Shown: positions 27,362 to 36,449 of the stretch, piece after piece
How positions within the stretch are numbered: the first letter of the stretch is position 1
Layout of the letters: the number at the start of each line of letters is the position of its first letter
Source of the DNA: an uncultured Solirubrobacterales bacterium
GTDB lineage: Bacteria > Actinomycetota > Thermoleophilia > Solirubrobacterales > Solirubrobacteraceae
Reading direction: 5' to 3'
Assembly (NCBI GenBank): GCA_963770615.1
Contig: CAVYQJ010000032.1
Coordinates: 2,202 to 66,201 of the forward strand
Length of the DNA: 64,000 nucleotides
Notes under the pieces: model-generated
Told to the model about the DNA's origin: nothing
The model's database searches: none
The model's input: the letters and a program-made list of their open reading frames with translations, nothing else
Position numbers and translations under genes: made by a program

Positions 27362-28785
27362 GCGCCACGCTCGCACCTCGGACCGATACGGCGCCGCTCA
27401 GCCCGGTCGAGCGCCTGGAGACGCTGTGCGATCCGGGGACGCTCGAGCTGATCCGCTCGGAGGTCATCTCGGGAGCGATGGGCGATAAGGCCCGTGCGGG
27501 CGACGGCGTCGTCGCCGGCGCCGGGCTCCTCGACGGGCGGCCGGTGTTCTGCTACGCGCAGGACTCGAGCTTCGCCGGCGGCTCGCTCGGTGAGCAGCAC
27601 GCGAACACGATCGTGCGCGTGCTCGAGCTTGCTGACAAGTCGCGCGCGCCCGTCGTCGGGTTCGTGGCCTCGGGCGGCGCGCGGATGCAGGAGGGCGTGG
27701 CCGCGCTCGGCGGTTACGGTCGCATCTTCCACCGGATCGTCAAGCTTTCCGGTCGCGTTCCGCAGGTGTCGATCATCACCGGCCTGTCCGCCGGCGGTGC
27801 CGCGTACTCGCCGGCGCTGACCGACTGGGTCGTGATGACCGAGGAATCGAGCATGTTCCTGACCGGACCAAGCGTGGTGCGTGAGGCGCTCGGCGAGGAC
27901 GTGACCGCCGCTCAGCTCGGCGGCACGCGCGTCCACGAGCGCAGCGGCGTCTGCCATTTCGTCGCGCCGACCGACGTGAATGCCGCGTACCTGGCGCGCG
28001 AGCTGCTCGGCTACCTGCCGCGCCACCGCGGCGCGCGGCCGCCGGTGCTGCCCGCGCGGCCGCCGCTCGGGCACGACCCGTCGGGGCCGGTCCCCGCGGA
28101 CGGGCGCAGCGTGTACGACGTGCGCGACGTGGTCCGCGCGGTCGTCGACGGTGGCGAGATGCTCGAGGCGTCGGCCGGCTGGGCGCGCAACCTCGTCACC
28201 GGGTTCGCCCGGCTCGACGGCCACACGGTCGGCATCGTCGCCAACCAGCCGCGCTACCTCGGCGGCATCATCGACGCGGAAGCCGCCCAGAAGGGCGCCC
28301 GGTTCGTGAACAAGTGCAACGCCTTCGGGATCCCGCTCGTGGTGTTGGTCGACACCCCCGGGTACATGCCCGGCACCAAGCAGGAGTCCGCCGGCGTGAT
28401 CCGGTTCGGCGCCGAGTTCGTGCACGCGTTCGCCGCGGCCGAGGTGCCGCGGGTGACGCTGATCCTGCGCAAGGCGTTCGGCGGCGCGTACATCACGATG
28501 AACTCCAAGGACCTCGGCGCGGATTACGTGTTCTCGTGGCCGAACGCCGAGATCGGCGTGATGGCCGCCAGGTCTGCGGTCGGGATCATCAACCGCCGGG
28601 AACTCGAGGCGGCCGAGGAGCCCGACGCCGTCCGCGACCATCTCGCCGCGCGCTACGCCGAGACCAACCTTTGCCCGCGGGTCGCGGCTGCGGCCGGGCA
28701 TATCGACGAGCTGATCGCGCCCGATCAGACGCGCAACCGACTGACCTGGGCGCTTCGCTCGCTGAGCCCGGAGGCCGCTGAATGA
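27358..28785 (+). CDS. Acyl-CoA carboxylase carboxyltransferase subunit (PccB/AccD type)
   Basis: GDGVV.G, GGSLG, SGGARMQEG, GIVANQP, LVDTPG, RKAFGGAY. Confidence 0.93.
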   Translation: MSATLAPRTDTAPLSPVERLETLCDPGTLELIRSEVISGAMGDKARAGDGVVAGAGLLDGRPVFCYAQDSSFAGGSLGEQHANTIVRVLELADKSRAPVVGFVASGGARMQEGVAALGGYGRIFHRIVKLSGRVPQVSIITGLSAGGAAYSPALTDWVVMTEESSMFLTGPSVVREALGEDVTAAQLGGTRVHERSGVCHFVAPTDVNAAYLARELLGYLPRHRGARPPVLPARPPLGHDPSGPVPADGRSVYDVRDVVRAVVDGGEMLEASAGWARNLVTGFARLDGHTVGIVANQPRYLGGIIDAEAAQKGARFVNKCNAFGIPLVVLVDTPGYMPGTKQESAGVIRFGAEFVHAFAAAEVPRVTLILRKAFGGAYITMNSKDLGADYVFSWPNAEIGVMAARSAVGIINRRELEAAEEPDAVRDHLAARYAETNLCPRVAAAAGHIDELIAPDQTRNRLTWALRSLSPEAAE

Positions 28786-29915
28786 CCCGCCCCGATGGCA
28801 CCATCCTGCTCACCGGCGCGACCGGATTCGTCGGCATGGAGTTGCTCGCCCGGTACCTCGAGCGGAGCGAGCGTCAGGTGATCACGATCGTCCGCGCGAA
28901 CGGCGACGACGCCGCGGGCGAGCGGATCGACGCGGTGCTCGAGAACCTGTTCGGGTATCGCGGCGCGCGCTACGCCGACCGGGTCACGGCGCTCGCCGGC
29001 GATCTGACGGCGCCGCGCCTCGGCCTCGACGGCGCTCGCTGGGAATGGCTCGCGGCGCAGGCGACGATGATCGTTCACGGCGCCGCGTCGGTGTCATTCG
29101 ATCAAACGCTCGAGGACGCGCGCGCGATCAACGTCGAGGGCACGCGCCGGATGCTCGAGCTGGCCGGACGGGCGCGCGAGCTGGGCGGGCTCGAGCGCTA
29201 CGGCCAGATCTCGACCGCGTACGTCGCCGGCACCCACGCGGGCCGCTTCTTCGAATGCGACCACGACGTCGGTCAGAGCTTCCACAACTCCTACGAGCAG
29301 TCGAAGTTCGAAGCCGAGCGGCTCGTGCGCTCCCGGCCGGGGTTGCCGTTCACGATCCTGCGACCGAGCATCGTCGTCGGCGACCGCAATAGCGGCTGGA
29401 CCGCGGCCTTCAACGTTCTGTACTGGCCGCTGCGCGCTCTTTCGCGCGGTCTGTTCCCAGCGGTCCCAGCGCTGGCGTCCTCGCCCGTCGACGTCGTCTC
29501 GATCGACTACGTCGCGGACGGCATCTACGAGCTTTGCGAGTCCGCCGGCGGGATCGGTCAGACCTATCACCTCACCGCCGGCGCCGACGCGACCACAATC
29601 GGCGAGCTCGCCGAGCTCGCGAGCGGATACTTCCGCCAACCGCCGCCGCGCCTGATCCCGCCGGACGAGTTCGAATTGCTCGACCACGACGGGATGGGAC
29701 GCTCGATGTTCGAGGAAGGGCGCGCGTACTTCCCGTACTTCTCGGTGACGACCACGTTCGACGACGCGTTGACGCGCGCGCGACTCGAGCCGGCCGGGAT
29801 CGCCGTCGCGCCGCTGCGCGAGTACATCGATCGCCTGCTCGACTACGCCACGACGAGCCGCTGGGGCAAGCACCCGATCGCGCGCGCGGACGCGGCGGCG
29901 CTCGCCGGCGTGTGA
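28782..29915 (+). CDS. Stand-alone thioester reductase/fatty acyl reductase-like extended SDR (NAD_binding_4)
   Basis: LLTGATGFVG, HGAASV, NVEGT, YEQSK, RPSIVVGD. Confidence 0.88.
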   Translation: MTRPDGTILLTGATGFVGMELLARYLERSERQVITIVRANGDDAAGERIDAVLENLFGYRGARYADRVTALAGDLTAPRLGLDGARWEWLAAQATMIVHGAASVSFDQTLEDARAINVEGTRRMLELAGRARELGGLERYGQISTAYVAGTHAGRFFECDHDVGQSFHNSYEQSKFEAERLVRSRPGLPFTILRPSIVVGDRNSGWTAAFNVLYWPLRALSRGLFPAVPALASSPVDVVSIDYVADGIYELCESAGGIGQTYHLTAGADATTIGELAELASGYFRQPPPRLIPPDEFELLDHDGMGRSMFEEGRAYFPYFSVTTTFDDALTRARLEPAGIAVAPLREYIDRLLDYATTSRWGKHPIARADAAALAGV

Positions 29916-29994
29916 TCTAGGTCTCGCCCCCCACCTGGGGGGTTGGCGCGCATGGTCGGTTGCCTGCGGCCTTGAGGGCGAGCAACCTAGGCAG

Positions 29995-30225
29995 ATGGCC
30001 ATGCACGCCGACACGGCCAGGTTCCGCAGCGACGACCCCGATCCGCTGGTGATTGCGTCGCTGGCGTGTTCGATCTGTCTGCGCAGTGACGACATCGAAT
30101 GGCACGCCGCACTCGACGGATACGATCCGTCCGTCGAATGCCGATGCCCACGCTGCGAGGAGACCTGGCGGGTGTATCTGGAACCGCAGCAGGCGCTGCG
30201 GTTCGCGCTGATGGACTCCCTCTGA
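29995..30225 (+). CDS. Small double-CxxC (zinc-ribbon-like) protein
   Basis: CSIC and CRCPRC in 76 aa; stop overlaps the next gene (CTGA). Confidence 0.75.
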   Translation: MAMHADTARFRSDDPDPLVIASLACSICLRSDDIEWHAALDGYDPSVECRCPRCEETWRVYLEPQQALRFALMDSL

Positions 30226-31331
30226 GCTCGCGCTCAGAAGTCGGAATCGACGCGCTCGAGTTGTTCGTCGAGGTGCTGTCGCAGTCCGAAGACGCCTCGT
30301 CCAACGGCGGCGGCTTCTACGATCGCCTGTGCGACGCGGTGTGTCGGTTGGCGCGGATGCGGCGAGCACTGATCTTCCGCTATGACAGCGCGGTCCGGCG
30401 CGTGCGCGCGGCCGGCGCGCACGGCCTCAACCTCGAGCAGTTTGCCGGCGCCCACGTGACCGTCGAGTCGGCGCCGATCGCGGCCCAGTCGCTGCGTGAG
30501 GACCGCGTGATCGAGATCGAGGGAGACATGACCGGGCAGTTCCCGCCGGAGTACGCGAGCGTCTTCCCCGAGCCGGTCCGGCTCGTGTGCGCGCCGATGG
30601 CGGCGGCCGGCCGCGCCATGGGCGTGATCTTCGCCGACCGGTTGCTGACCGAGCCGCCGCTCGACGACGCTGAGCGGTATCTGCTGTGGACGCTCGGCAA
30701 GACCGCCGCGCTCGCCTCGGTCGCCCGGCTCGTGGCCAAGCACGCCGAGGAGGCAGACCAACTCGAGCAGCGAATCGATCTCGCACGCGACATCCACGAG
30801 GTCGTCATCCAGCGCCTGTTCGGCGTCTCGATGGCGCTCGACGGCGAGGGCGATCTGCCTGCGGAGGCCCGCCAGCGCTGCGCGACCGAGACCCAGGAGG
30901 CGCTATCAGATCTGCGCACCGCGCTCCAGCGCCCGCTCGGCCGCTCGCCGCGCGCGACTCAGACAGAGTTCGTGGCCGAGGTCGAGCGGCTGTCGCGCGT
31001 GCACCCAGATCTCGGCGTGACGCTCGTCGCGGGTGGCGAGGGCGACGTCCCGCCGGCGCTCGAGCCGCTCGCCCAGTCGGTGCTCGCCGAGGCGGTCCGC
31101 AACGCGCACAAGCACGCCGACCCGAGCCAGGTCAGCGTGCGCATCGGGCGCGACGACGGCACGTTCGTACTCGAGGTGGCCAACGACGGGGTCACCGGCG
31201 CCAGGCACCGCGCCGGGATGGGCCTGCGGCTGGCCGCGATGGAGGCACTTCAGTTCGGGGGCGTCGTCGAGTTCGGCGCGCGCGAGCCGGGTACCTGGCA
31301 GGTCCGATTGGTGGTGCCCGATGAGTTCTGA
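30222..31331 (+). CDS. Cytoplasmic GAF sensor histidine kinase (HisKA_3)
   Basis: GAF region; LARDIHEVVIQRLF H-box; EAVRNAHKHA N-box; NDG, GMGL; start uncertain (CTG 30222 overlapping upstream stop). Confidence 0.88.
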   Translation: MSSRSEVGIDALELFVEVLSQSEDASSNGGGFYDRLCDAVCRLARMRRALIFRYDSAVRRVRAAGAHGLNLEQFAGAHVTVESAPIAAQSLREDRVIEIEGDMTGQFPPEYASVFPEPVRLVCAPMAAAGRAMGVIFADRLLTEPPLDDAERYLLWTLGKTAALASVARLVAKHAEEADQLEQRIDLARDIHEVVIQRLFGVSMALDGEGDLPAEARQRCATETQEALSDLRTALQRPLGRSPRATQTEFVAEVERLSRVHPDLGVTLVAGGEGDVPPALEPLAQSVLAEAVRNAHKHADPSQVSVRIGRDDGTFVLEVANDGVTGARHRAGMGLRLAAMEALQFGGVVEFGAREPGTWQVRLVVPDEF

Positions 31332-31944
31332 AACGGCGATGCGAAGTCCGGAAAAGCTGAGCGTGCTCGTCGTGGACGATCACGACGTCGTCCACTGGGG
31401 CATCCGGCTGATGCTGACCCAACAGCCGTGGGTCGACCGGTGCCTGAGCGCGCACTCGGGCGAGGAGGCGCTGGCGCTGGTGGCGCGCTACCGGCCGCAC
31501 GTGGCGCTGGTCGACCTGTTCATCGGCGAGGAGTCGGGCGCGGAGATCTGCGAGCAGCTGCGTAAGACCGAGCCGCTGACGCGCGTGCTGCTGTTCTCGG
31601 GCGCCGGCGAGATCTCCCCGCACGCGGCGCGCGCCGCCGGCGCATCGGGGTTCGCCTACAAGGACTGGCCGGCGCGGAAGATCGCGAGCGCGGTGCGCAT
31701 GGTCGGGCTGGGCAAGACGGTGTTCGATCACCAGGACCGGCCGGTCGCGCTCGGCCTGTCCGACCGCGAGCGCGATGTTTTGAATCTGATGGCGTCCGGC
31801 GCCACCAACCCCGAGATCGCCGAGGCGCTCCATCTGTCCAAGCACACGGTCAAGGAGCACACGAGCGCGGTGTACCGCAAGCTCGAGGTGCGCAACCGGA
31901 CCGAAGCGGTGCAGCGCGCGCAGCGGCTCGGGCTGCTGTCGTAG
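31321..31944 (+). CDS. NarL/LuxR family response regulator
   Basis: VLVVDDH, ALVDL, LSDRERDVL.LMA.G.TNPEIAEALHLSKHTVKEH. Confidence 0.95.
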   Translation: MSSETAMRSPEKLSVLVVDDHDVVHWGIRLMLTQQPWVDRCLSAHSGEEALALVARYRPHVALVDLFIGEESGAEICEQLRKTEPLTRVLLFSGAGEISPHAARAAGASGFAYKDWPARKIASAVRMVGLGKTVFDHQDRPVALGLSDRERDVLNLMASGATNPEIAEALHLSKHTVKEHTSAVYRKLEVRNRTEAVQRAQRLGLLS

Positions 31945-31987
31945 TCTCAGTTAGGTACATGTTTACCTCGACGTCGAGGAGCTCCCG

Positions 31988-33676
31988 CTGGACGCGGCGC
32001 TGAGCGAGATCGCGCGATTCCTGGCCGCCCGGGCTCCGTTCGATGCGCTTGCGCCCGAGGAGCTCGGTGAGGTCGCGGCACAGACCGAGATCGAGTTCTA
32101 CGTCTCCGGCGCCGCGATCCTGACCGAGGACGGCGGGCCGGTCACATTCCTGCGCGTGATCCACTCGGGCGCGGTCGACATCATCCACGACGGGCGCCTG
32201 CTCGACATGCTGGGTACCGGCGACGCGTTCGGTCACGCCTCGATGCTGTCCGGGCTTCCGCCCGGGTTCGAGGCCCGGGCCGCCGAGGACACGCTCTGCT
32301 ATCGGATCCCGGTGAGCGTCGCGCGGCCGCTGCTCGACCGCGTCAATCGGCGCGAGATCGAACTCGCGGCGGGGCCCCCGAACCACAGGCCGGTCACGAG
32401 AATGATCCGTTCGCCGACCGTACGCTGCGAACCGATGGAGAGCATCCGCGAGGTCGCCCGGCGGATGACCGAGGTCGGCGCGAGCTCGGCGATCGTCGAT
32501 CTGCGCGGCGGCGGCTTCGGGATCGTCACCGATCGCGACATCCGCACCAAGATCGTCGCGGCGGGCCTGCCGTTGAGCGCGCCGGTGGCGACCGTGATGA
32601 CCAATCCCGTGTTCTCGGTCACCCCCGACCGGCTCGGTGGCGACGTCCTGTTCGAGCTGCTCGAGCGCGGGATCAAGCACGCGCCGATCGTGTCCGAGGG
32701 CGGTCAGCTGATCGGGGTGATCGAGGACGCCGACCTGTTCCCGGCCCAGTCGCAATCGTGGTTCGGGGCGCGGCGCTCGATCTCGCGCGCTTCCTCGCCG
32801 GATGATCTCGCGGCGGTCGCCAAGCGGCTGCCCGACGTGATGGCCGACCTGCATGCGGCGCGGCTGCGCGCGCCCGAGGTAGTGCGCGTGGTGTCGGCGC
32901 TCGTCGACGCACTGACCACGCGCGCGCTCGAGCTGGTTGCGCCGGCGCCGGGGGGCGGCGTCGTGTGGGTTGCGGTCGGTGCTCAAGCGCGCCGCGAGCT
33001 GACCCCGGCGTCGATCGCCCGTGGGGCCGTGGTGTGTCACGATCCGCCGCCGGCCGAGTGGATGAGGTCGGTGGGCGAGGTGATGCGCGCGTGCGGCTTC
33101 CCGGGCGAAATCGTCGCGCGCAGCACCGAGGAGTGGACCCATGCCATCGGGGAGGACGAGCTCGAGCTCTCGGTACTGATCGAGCGCCGCGCCCTATGGG
33201 GGACGCCGATCGATCCGTTGCCGGCGCCCGAAGGCCCGGCGCGCGATGCGGTCGTGGCCGCGCTGGCGCGCCGCGCGCTCGCGGCCGTGCCGCCTACGGG
33301 GTTCGACGCCGATTCGGTACTCGAAGAAGGTGGTGGACGGAGTGACCGGCTCGACATCCGGCTGGCCGCGGTCGCGCCGATCGTCGAGCTCGCGCGCTGG
33401 GGCTCGACGGTGGCGGGCGTGTTCGAGGGATCGACGCCGGAACGGCTGCTCGCCGCCGCGGCCGGCGGAGCGCTTAGCGAAGCCGAGGCGCGGACGCTCG
33501 CCGACGCGTTCGACCTCGCGCTCGAGCTGCGGATCGGCCACCACATGAGCCGGATCGCCGCCGGCCAGCCGCCCGACGACGAGATCGAACCCGCCGAGAT
33601 CAGCCCGCTGATGCGCGACACCCTCCGCGACGTGTTCCGGGCGGTGACGTCGGTGCAGCGGAGGTTGCGGGGGTGA
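31988..33676 (+). CDS. cNMP-CBS-CBS-DUF294 nucleotidyltransferase-like protein, catalytic motif degenerate
   Basis: FLAARAPFDAL, GDAFG (cNMP), GIVTDRDIR (CBS), LDIRLAAVAPIV..AR (DUF294_C); GAQARRE..SIARG in place of GS..RRE..SDQDN; proposed CTG start after GAGGAG. Confidence 0.85.
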   Translation: MDAALSEIARFLAARAPFDALAPEELGEVAAQTEIEFYVSGAAILTEDGGPVTFLRVIHSGAVDIIHDGRLLDMLGTGDAFGHASMLSGLPPGFEARAAEDTLCYRIPVSVARPLLDRVNRREIELAAGPPNHRPVTRMIRSPTVRCEPMESIREVARRMTEVGASSAIVDLRGGGFGIVTDRDIRTKIVAAGLPLSAPVATVMTNPVFSVTPDRLGGDVLFELLERGIKHAPIVSEGGQLIGVIEDADLFPAQSQSWFGARRSISRASSPDDLAAVAKRLPDVMADLHAARLRAPEVVRVVSALVDALTTRALELVAPAPGGGVVWVAVGAQARRELTPASIARGAVVCHDPPPAEWMRSVGEVMRACGFPGEIVARSTEEWTHAIGEDELELSVLIERRALWGTPIDPLPAPEGPARDAVVAALARRALAAVPPTGFDADSVLEEGGGRSDRLDIRLAAVAPIVELARWGSTVAGVFEGSTPERLLAAAAGGALSEAEARTLADAFDLALELRIGHHMSRIAAGQPPDDEIEPAEISPLMRDTLRDVFRAVTSVQRRLRG

Positions 33677-34359
33677 GGCTGCGCCGGTCGCCGCCGACGG
33701 GTTCGGCCGCGGAGTTCGCGCAGGCCGAGCGGCCGGCCGACGACACGCCATGGCGCGATGCCCACTGGTGCGCGCTCGACCTCGAGATGACGGGCCTCGA
33801 CCCCCGCCACGAGGAGATCATCGCGATCGGCGCGGTCCCGATCGACGAGGGCCGGATCGTGCTCGGCGGCGGGCTGTACACGCTCGTGCGCACGAGCCGG
33901 CGCTCCCAGCACGGGGCCGTGCTCGTGCACAAGCTGCGGGTGCCCGACCTCGCCGAAGCGCCGCCGCTCGAGGAGGCGCTCGATCGCATGCTCGAGATGC
34001 TCGCCGGGCGCGTCCCCGTGTTCCACACCGCGGCGATCGAGCGGAGCTTCCTCGAGCGGCAGTTCGCCGGCCGGAACGTGCGGCTGCCGGCGGCCGCCGA
34101 CACCGAGGCGCTCGGGCGAGCGTGGCTGCGCCACCGCGACGGGTCCTCGCCGGAGGGGATCTCACTCGGCCGGCTCGCCCGCGTGCTCGGGCAGCCGGCG
34201 GAGACGCCCCATCACGCGCTCGGCGACGCGCTCACGACCGCGCAGGCGTTCATCGCACTCGCGACCCTGCTCGACACGGTGGCGCCACAGACCGTCGGCT
34301 CGTTGCTCGCGGCCAGCCGGCCTGCAGTCGGGGCGGGGCGGCGGTTCGGCTCGGGCTGA
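33673..34359 (+). CDS. DEDDh 3'-5' exonuclease (DnaQ-like)
   Basis: ALDLEMTGLD, IIAIGAVP, VFH, HHALGDA; GTGA overlap with the DUF294 gene. Confidence 0.9.
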   Translation: MRLRRSPPTGSAAEFAQAERPADDTPWRDAHWCALDLEMTGLDPRHEEIIAIGAVPIDEGRIVLGGGLYTLVRTSRRSQHGAVLVHKLRVPDLAEAPPLEEALDRMLEMLAGRVPVFHTAAIERSFLERQFAGRNVRLPAAADTEALGRAWLRHRDGSSPEGISLGRLARVLGQPAETPHHALGDALTTAQAFIALATLLDTVAPQTVGSLLAASRPAVGAGRRFGSG

Positions 34360-34364
34360 GGCGC

Positions 34365-34404
34365 TTGGGAAGAAACGTCACGCATGCTGGACGTTTCTTC
34401 CCAA
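34365..34404. promoter_or_regulatory. Perfect 15-bp inverted repeat upstream of ureohydrolase
   Basis: TTGGGAAGAAACGTC-N10-GACGTTTCTTCCCAA, directly followed by TAGGCT (-10-like). Confidence 0.7.
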
Positions 34405-34422
34405 TAGGCTTGCCGGCGTGAG

Positions 34423-35394
34423 ATGACGCACTTCGAGCCGCCGGACCCGTTCGCCGCACCGCGCTACACGGGCGTCCGCACGTTCGCGCGGCTGCCCCAC
34501 GTGCAACTCCCCCGCGACGACGTCGACGCGGCGGTGATCGGCGTGCCGTTCGACACGGCGACCAGCTTCCGGAGCGGGGCGCGCTTCGGGCCCGAGGCGA
34601 TTCGGGCCGCCTCGACGCTGCTGCGCCCGTATCACCCGGCGCTCGACGTCGACGTGTTCGCCACGCTGTCGCTCGTCGACGGTGGCGACCTGAACGTCAC
34701 GCCGGGCAACGCCCTGAAGACCACCGAGCAGATCGATGCACAGCTCCGGCCGCTGATCGCCGCGGGCATCGTGCCGCTCGTGCTCGGTGGCGATCACTCG
34801 ATCGTGCTGGGGGAGCTGCGGGCACAGCACGCCCTGCACGGCCCGGTGGCGCTGGTGCTGCTCGACGCCCACGCGGACACCTGGGATCAGTACTACGGCG
34901 AGCGGTACTTCCACGGCACGCCGTTCCGCCGCGCCCTCGAGGAGGGCCTGATCGACCCGGCGCGCTCGTTGCTCGCCGGTATGCGCGGTTCGCTGTACGG
35001 CCCCGAGGACATGGATGTCCCGCGCGAGCTCGGGTTCGAGCTGATCGACGGCGTCGATCTGGTGTCGATGACCCCGGATGCTTACGGCGAGCGGGTCCGG
35101 ACGAGAGTCGGCGACGGGCCGGCGTACCTTTCGTTCGACATCGACGTGCTCGACCCGGCCTCCGCGCCCGGGACGGGAACGCCCGAGGTGGCGGGTCTGC
35201 AACCGCGTGAGGCACTCGCGTTCCTGCGCGCGCTCGCCGGCATGTCGTTCACGGGGTTCGACGTCGTCGAGGTCGCGCCGGCGTACGACTCGCCCGGGCA
35301 GATCACCGCGCTGGGCGCCGCTGCGGTCGCATACGACCTGTTGGCGCTGCTCGCGGTGGCGCGCAGCCGGGCCCGATACGAGGACCGATCCTGA
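34423..35394 (+). CDS. speB: Agmatinase-family ureohydrolase
   Basis: RSGARFGP, GGDHS, DAHADT, HGTPF, SFDIDVLDP, APGTGTP; substrate not established. Confidence 0.85.
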   Translation: MTHFEPPDPFAAPRYTGVRTFARLPHVQLPRDDVDAAVIGVPFDTATSFRSGARFGPEAIRAASTLLRPYHPALDVDVFATLSLVDGGDLNVTPGNALKTTEQIDAQLRPLIAAGIVPLVLGGDHSIVLGELRAQHALHGPVALVLLDAHADTWDQYYGERYFHGTPFRRALEEGLIDPARSLLAGMRGSLYGPEDMDVPRELGFELIDGVDLVSMTPDAYGERVRTRVGDGPAYLSFDIDVLDPASAPGTGTPEVAGLQPREALAFLRALAGMSFTGFDVVEVAPAYDSPGQITALGAAAVAYDLLALLAVARSRARYEDRS

Positions 35395-35466
35395 CCTAGA
35401 ACGGAGATACGGTCGCAGGCACCATCAGCGGACTAAGGGCCACGCCTGAGCCCTAAAGGAGCATCA

Positions 35467-36357
35467 ATGCCCGAGCTAGACCGTTACATCGCCGGCGTTC
35501 CGTGCTGGATCGATACGAGCCAACCGGACCCGGACGCCGCGGTCGCGTTCTATCGCGACCTGTTCGGCTGGGAGATCGAGGACGTGATGCCGGCCGACGC
35601 GGAGGGCAGCTACTTCACGGCGCGGATCCGAGGCGGCAACGTCGCTGCGATTGGCTCGATCACCGAGGGAGCGCCCCCGGTCGCGACGTGGAACACCTAC
35701 GTCTGGGTCGACAGCGCTGAGGAGACCGCCGCCAAGGTCAAGGACGCCGGCGGCCAGATCCTCGTGGAGCCGATGGACGTCTTCGATGCGGGCCGCATGG
35801 CGGTGTTCAGCGATCCCGAGGGAGCGGTATTCGCGGTCTGGGAGCCCAACCGGCACCGGGGCGCAGACGTCGTCAACGAGGCCGGCTCGCTGAACTTCAA
35901 CAACCTGAACACGCACGACGCGAACGCCGCGAAGTCGTTCTACGGCGCGGTCTTCGGATGGGGGACGATGCCGATGGGCGGCGGCGCCGAAGCGTGGACG
36001 TTGCCCGGGTACGGCGATCACCTCGAGCGCCTCAATCCGGGAACGCGCGAGCGTATGGGAGCGATGGGCGCGCCGGGCGGTTTCATCGACGTGGTCGCGA
36101 CGATCGCGCCGCTTCCGGACGGCCACGACGACGTACGCCCGCACTGGGGCGTGACGTTCGCGGTCGACGATGCGGACGCGACCGCCGAGAAGGCGTTCGC
36201 GCTCGGCGGAAAGATTCTGGCGCCGCCGTTCGACGCTCCCTGGGTCCGGATGTCGATCATCGCCGACCCGCAGGGCGCGACGTTCATCGCGAGCCAGTTC
36301 GTTCCCGAGAACCGGGACGTCGCGACCCCCGGAAGCGAATCGCTCAGCGCGGCGTAG
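35467..36357 (+). CDS. VOC/glyoxalase family protein (Cfp30B-like, two domains)
   Basis: AAGGAG SD; GVPCWID, FYRDLFGW, WNTYVWV, DPEGAVF, DPQGA. Confidence 0.9.
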   Translation: MPELDRYIAGVPCWIDTSQPDPDAAVAFYRDLFGWEIEDVMPADAEGSYFTARIRGGNVAAIGSITEGAPPVATWNTYVWVDSAEETAAKVKDAGGQILVEPMDVFDAGRMAVFSDPEGAVFAVWEPNRHRGADVVNEAGSLNFNNLNTHDANAAKSFYGAVFGWGTMPMGGGAEAWTLPGYGDHLERLNPGTRERMGAMGAPGGFIDVVATIAPLPDGHDDVRPHWGVTFAVDDADATAEKAFALGGKILAPPFDAPWVRMSIIADPQGATFIASQFVPENRDVATPGSESLSAA

Positions 36358-36449
36358 CGAGCGAACCGAGCGCGCCCGCACGTCGCCGCCGACCCGTCTA
36401 GGTTCGGCGCCGCGACTCATGCAACGGAGGGACGGGGCCGACGAACGCC

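Noticed and set aside
25119-29915. Type II PKS or NRPS cluster
   Set aside because: No chain-length factor, ACP, cyclase or adenylation domain in the operon; the KS genes look like FabH and FabF.
33673-34359. DNA polymerase III epsilon subunit or anti-phage nuclease
   Set aside because: Coupled to a DUF294 gene, the usual context for this DEDDh subfamily; no replication or defence genes nearby.
34360-34422. Guanidine riboswitch upstream of the ureohydrolase
   Set aside because: No ykkC-I, mini-ykkC (twin ACGR loops) or ykkC-III features; only a single long inverted repeat.
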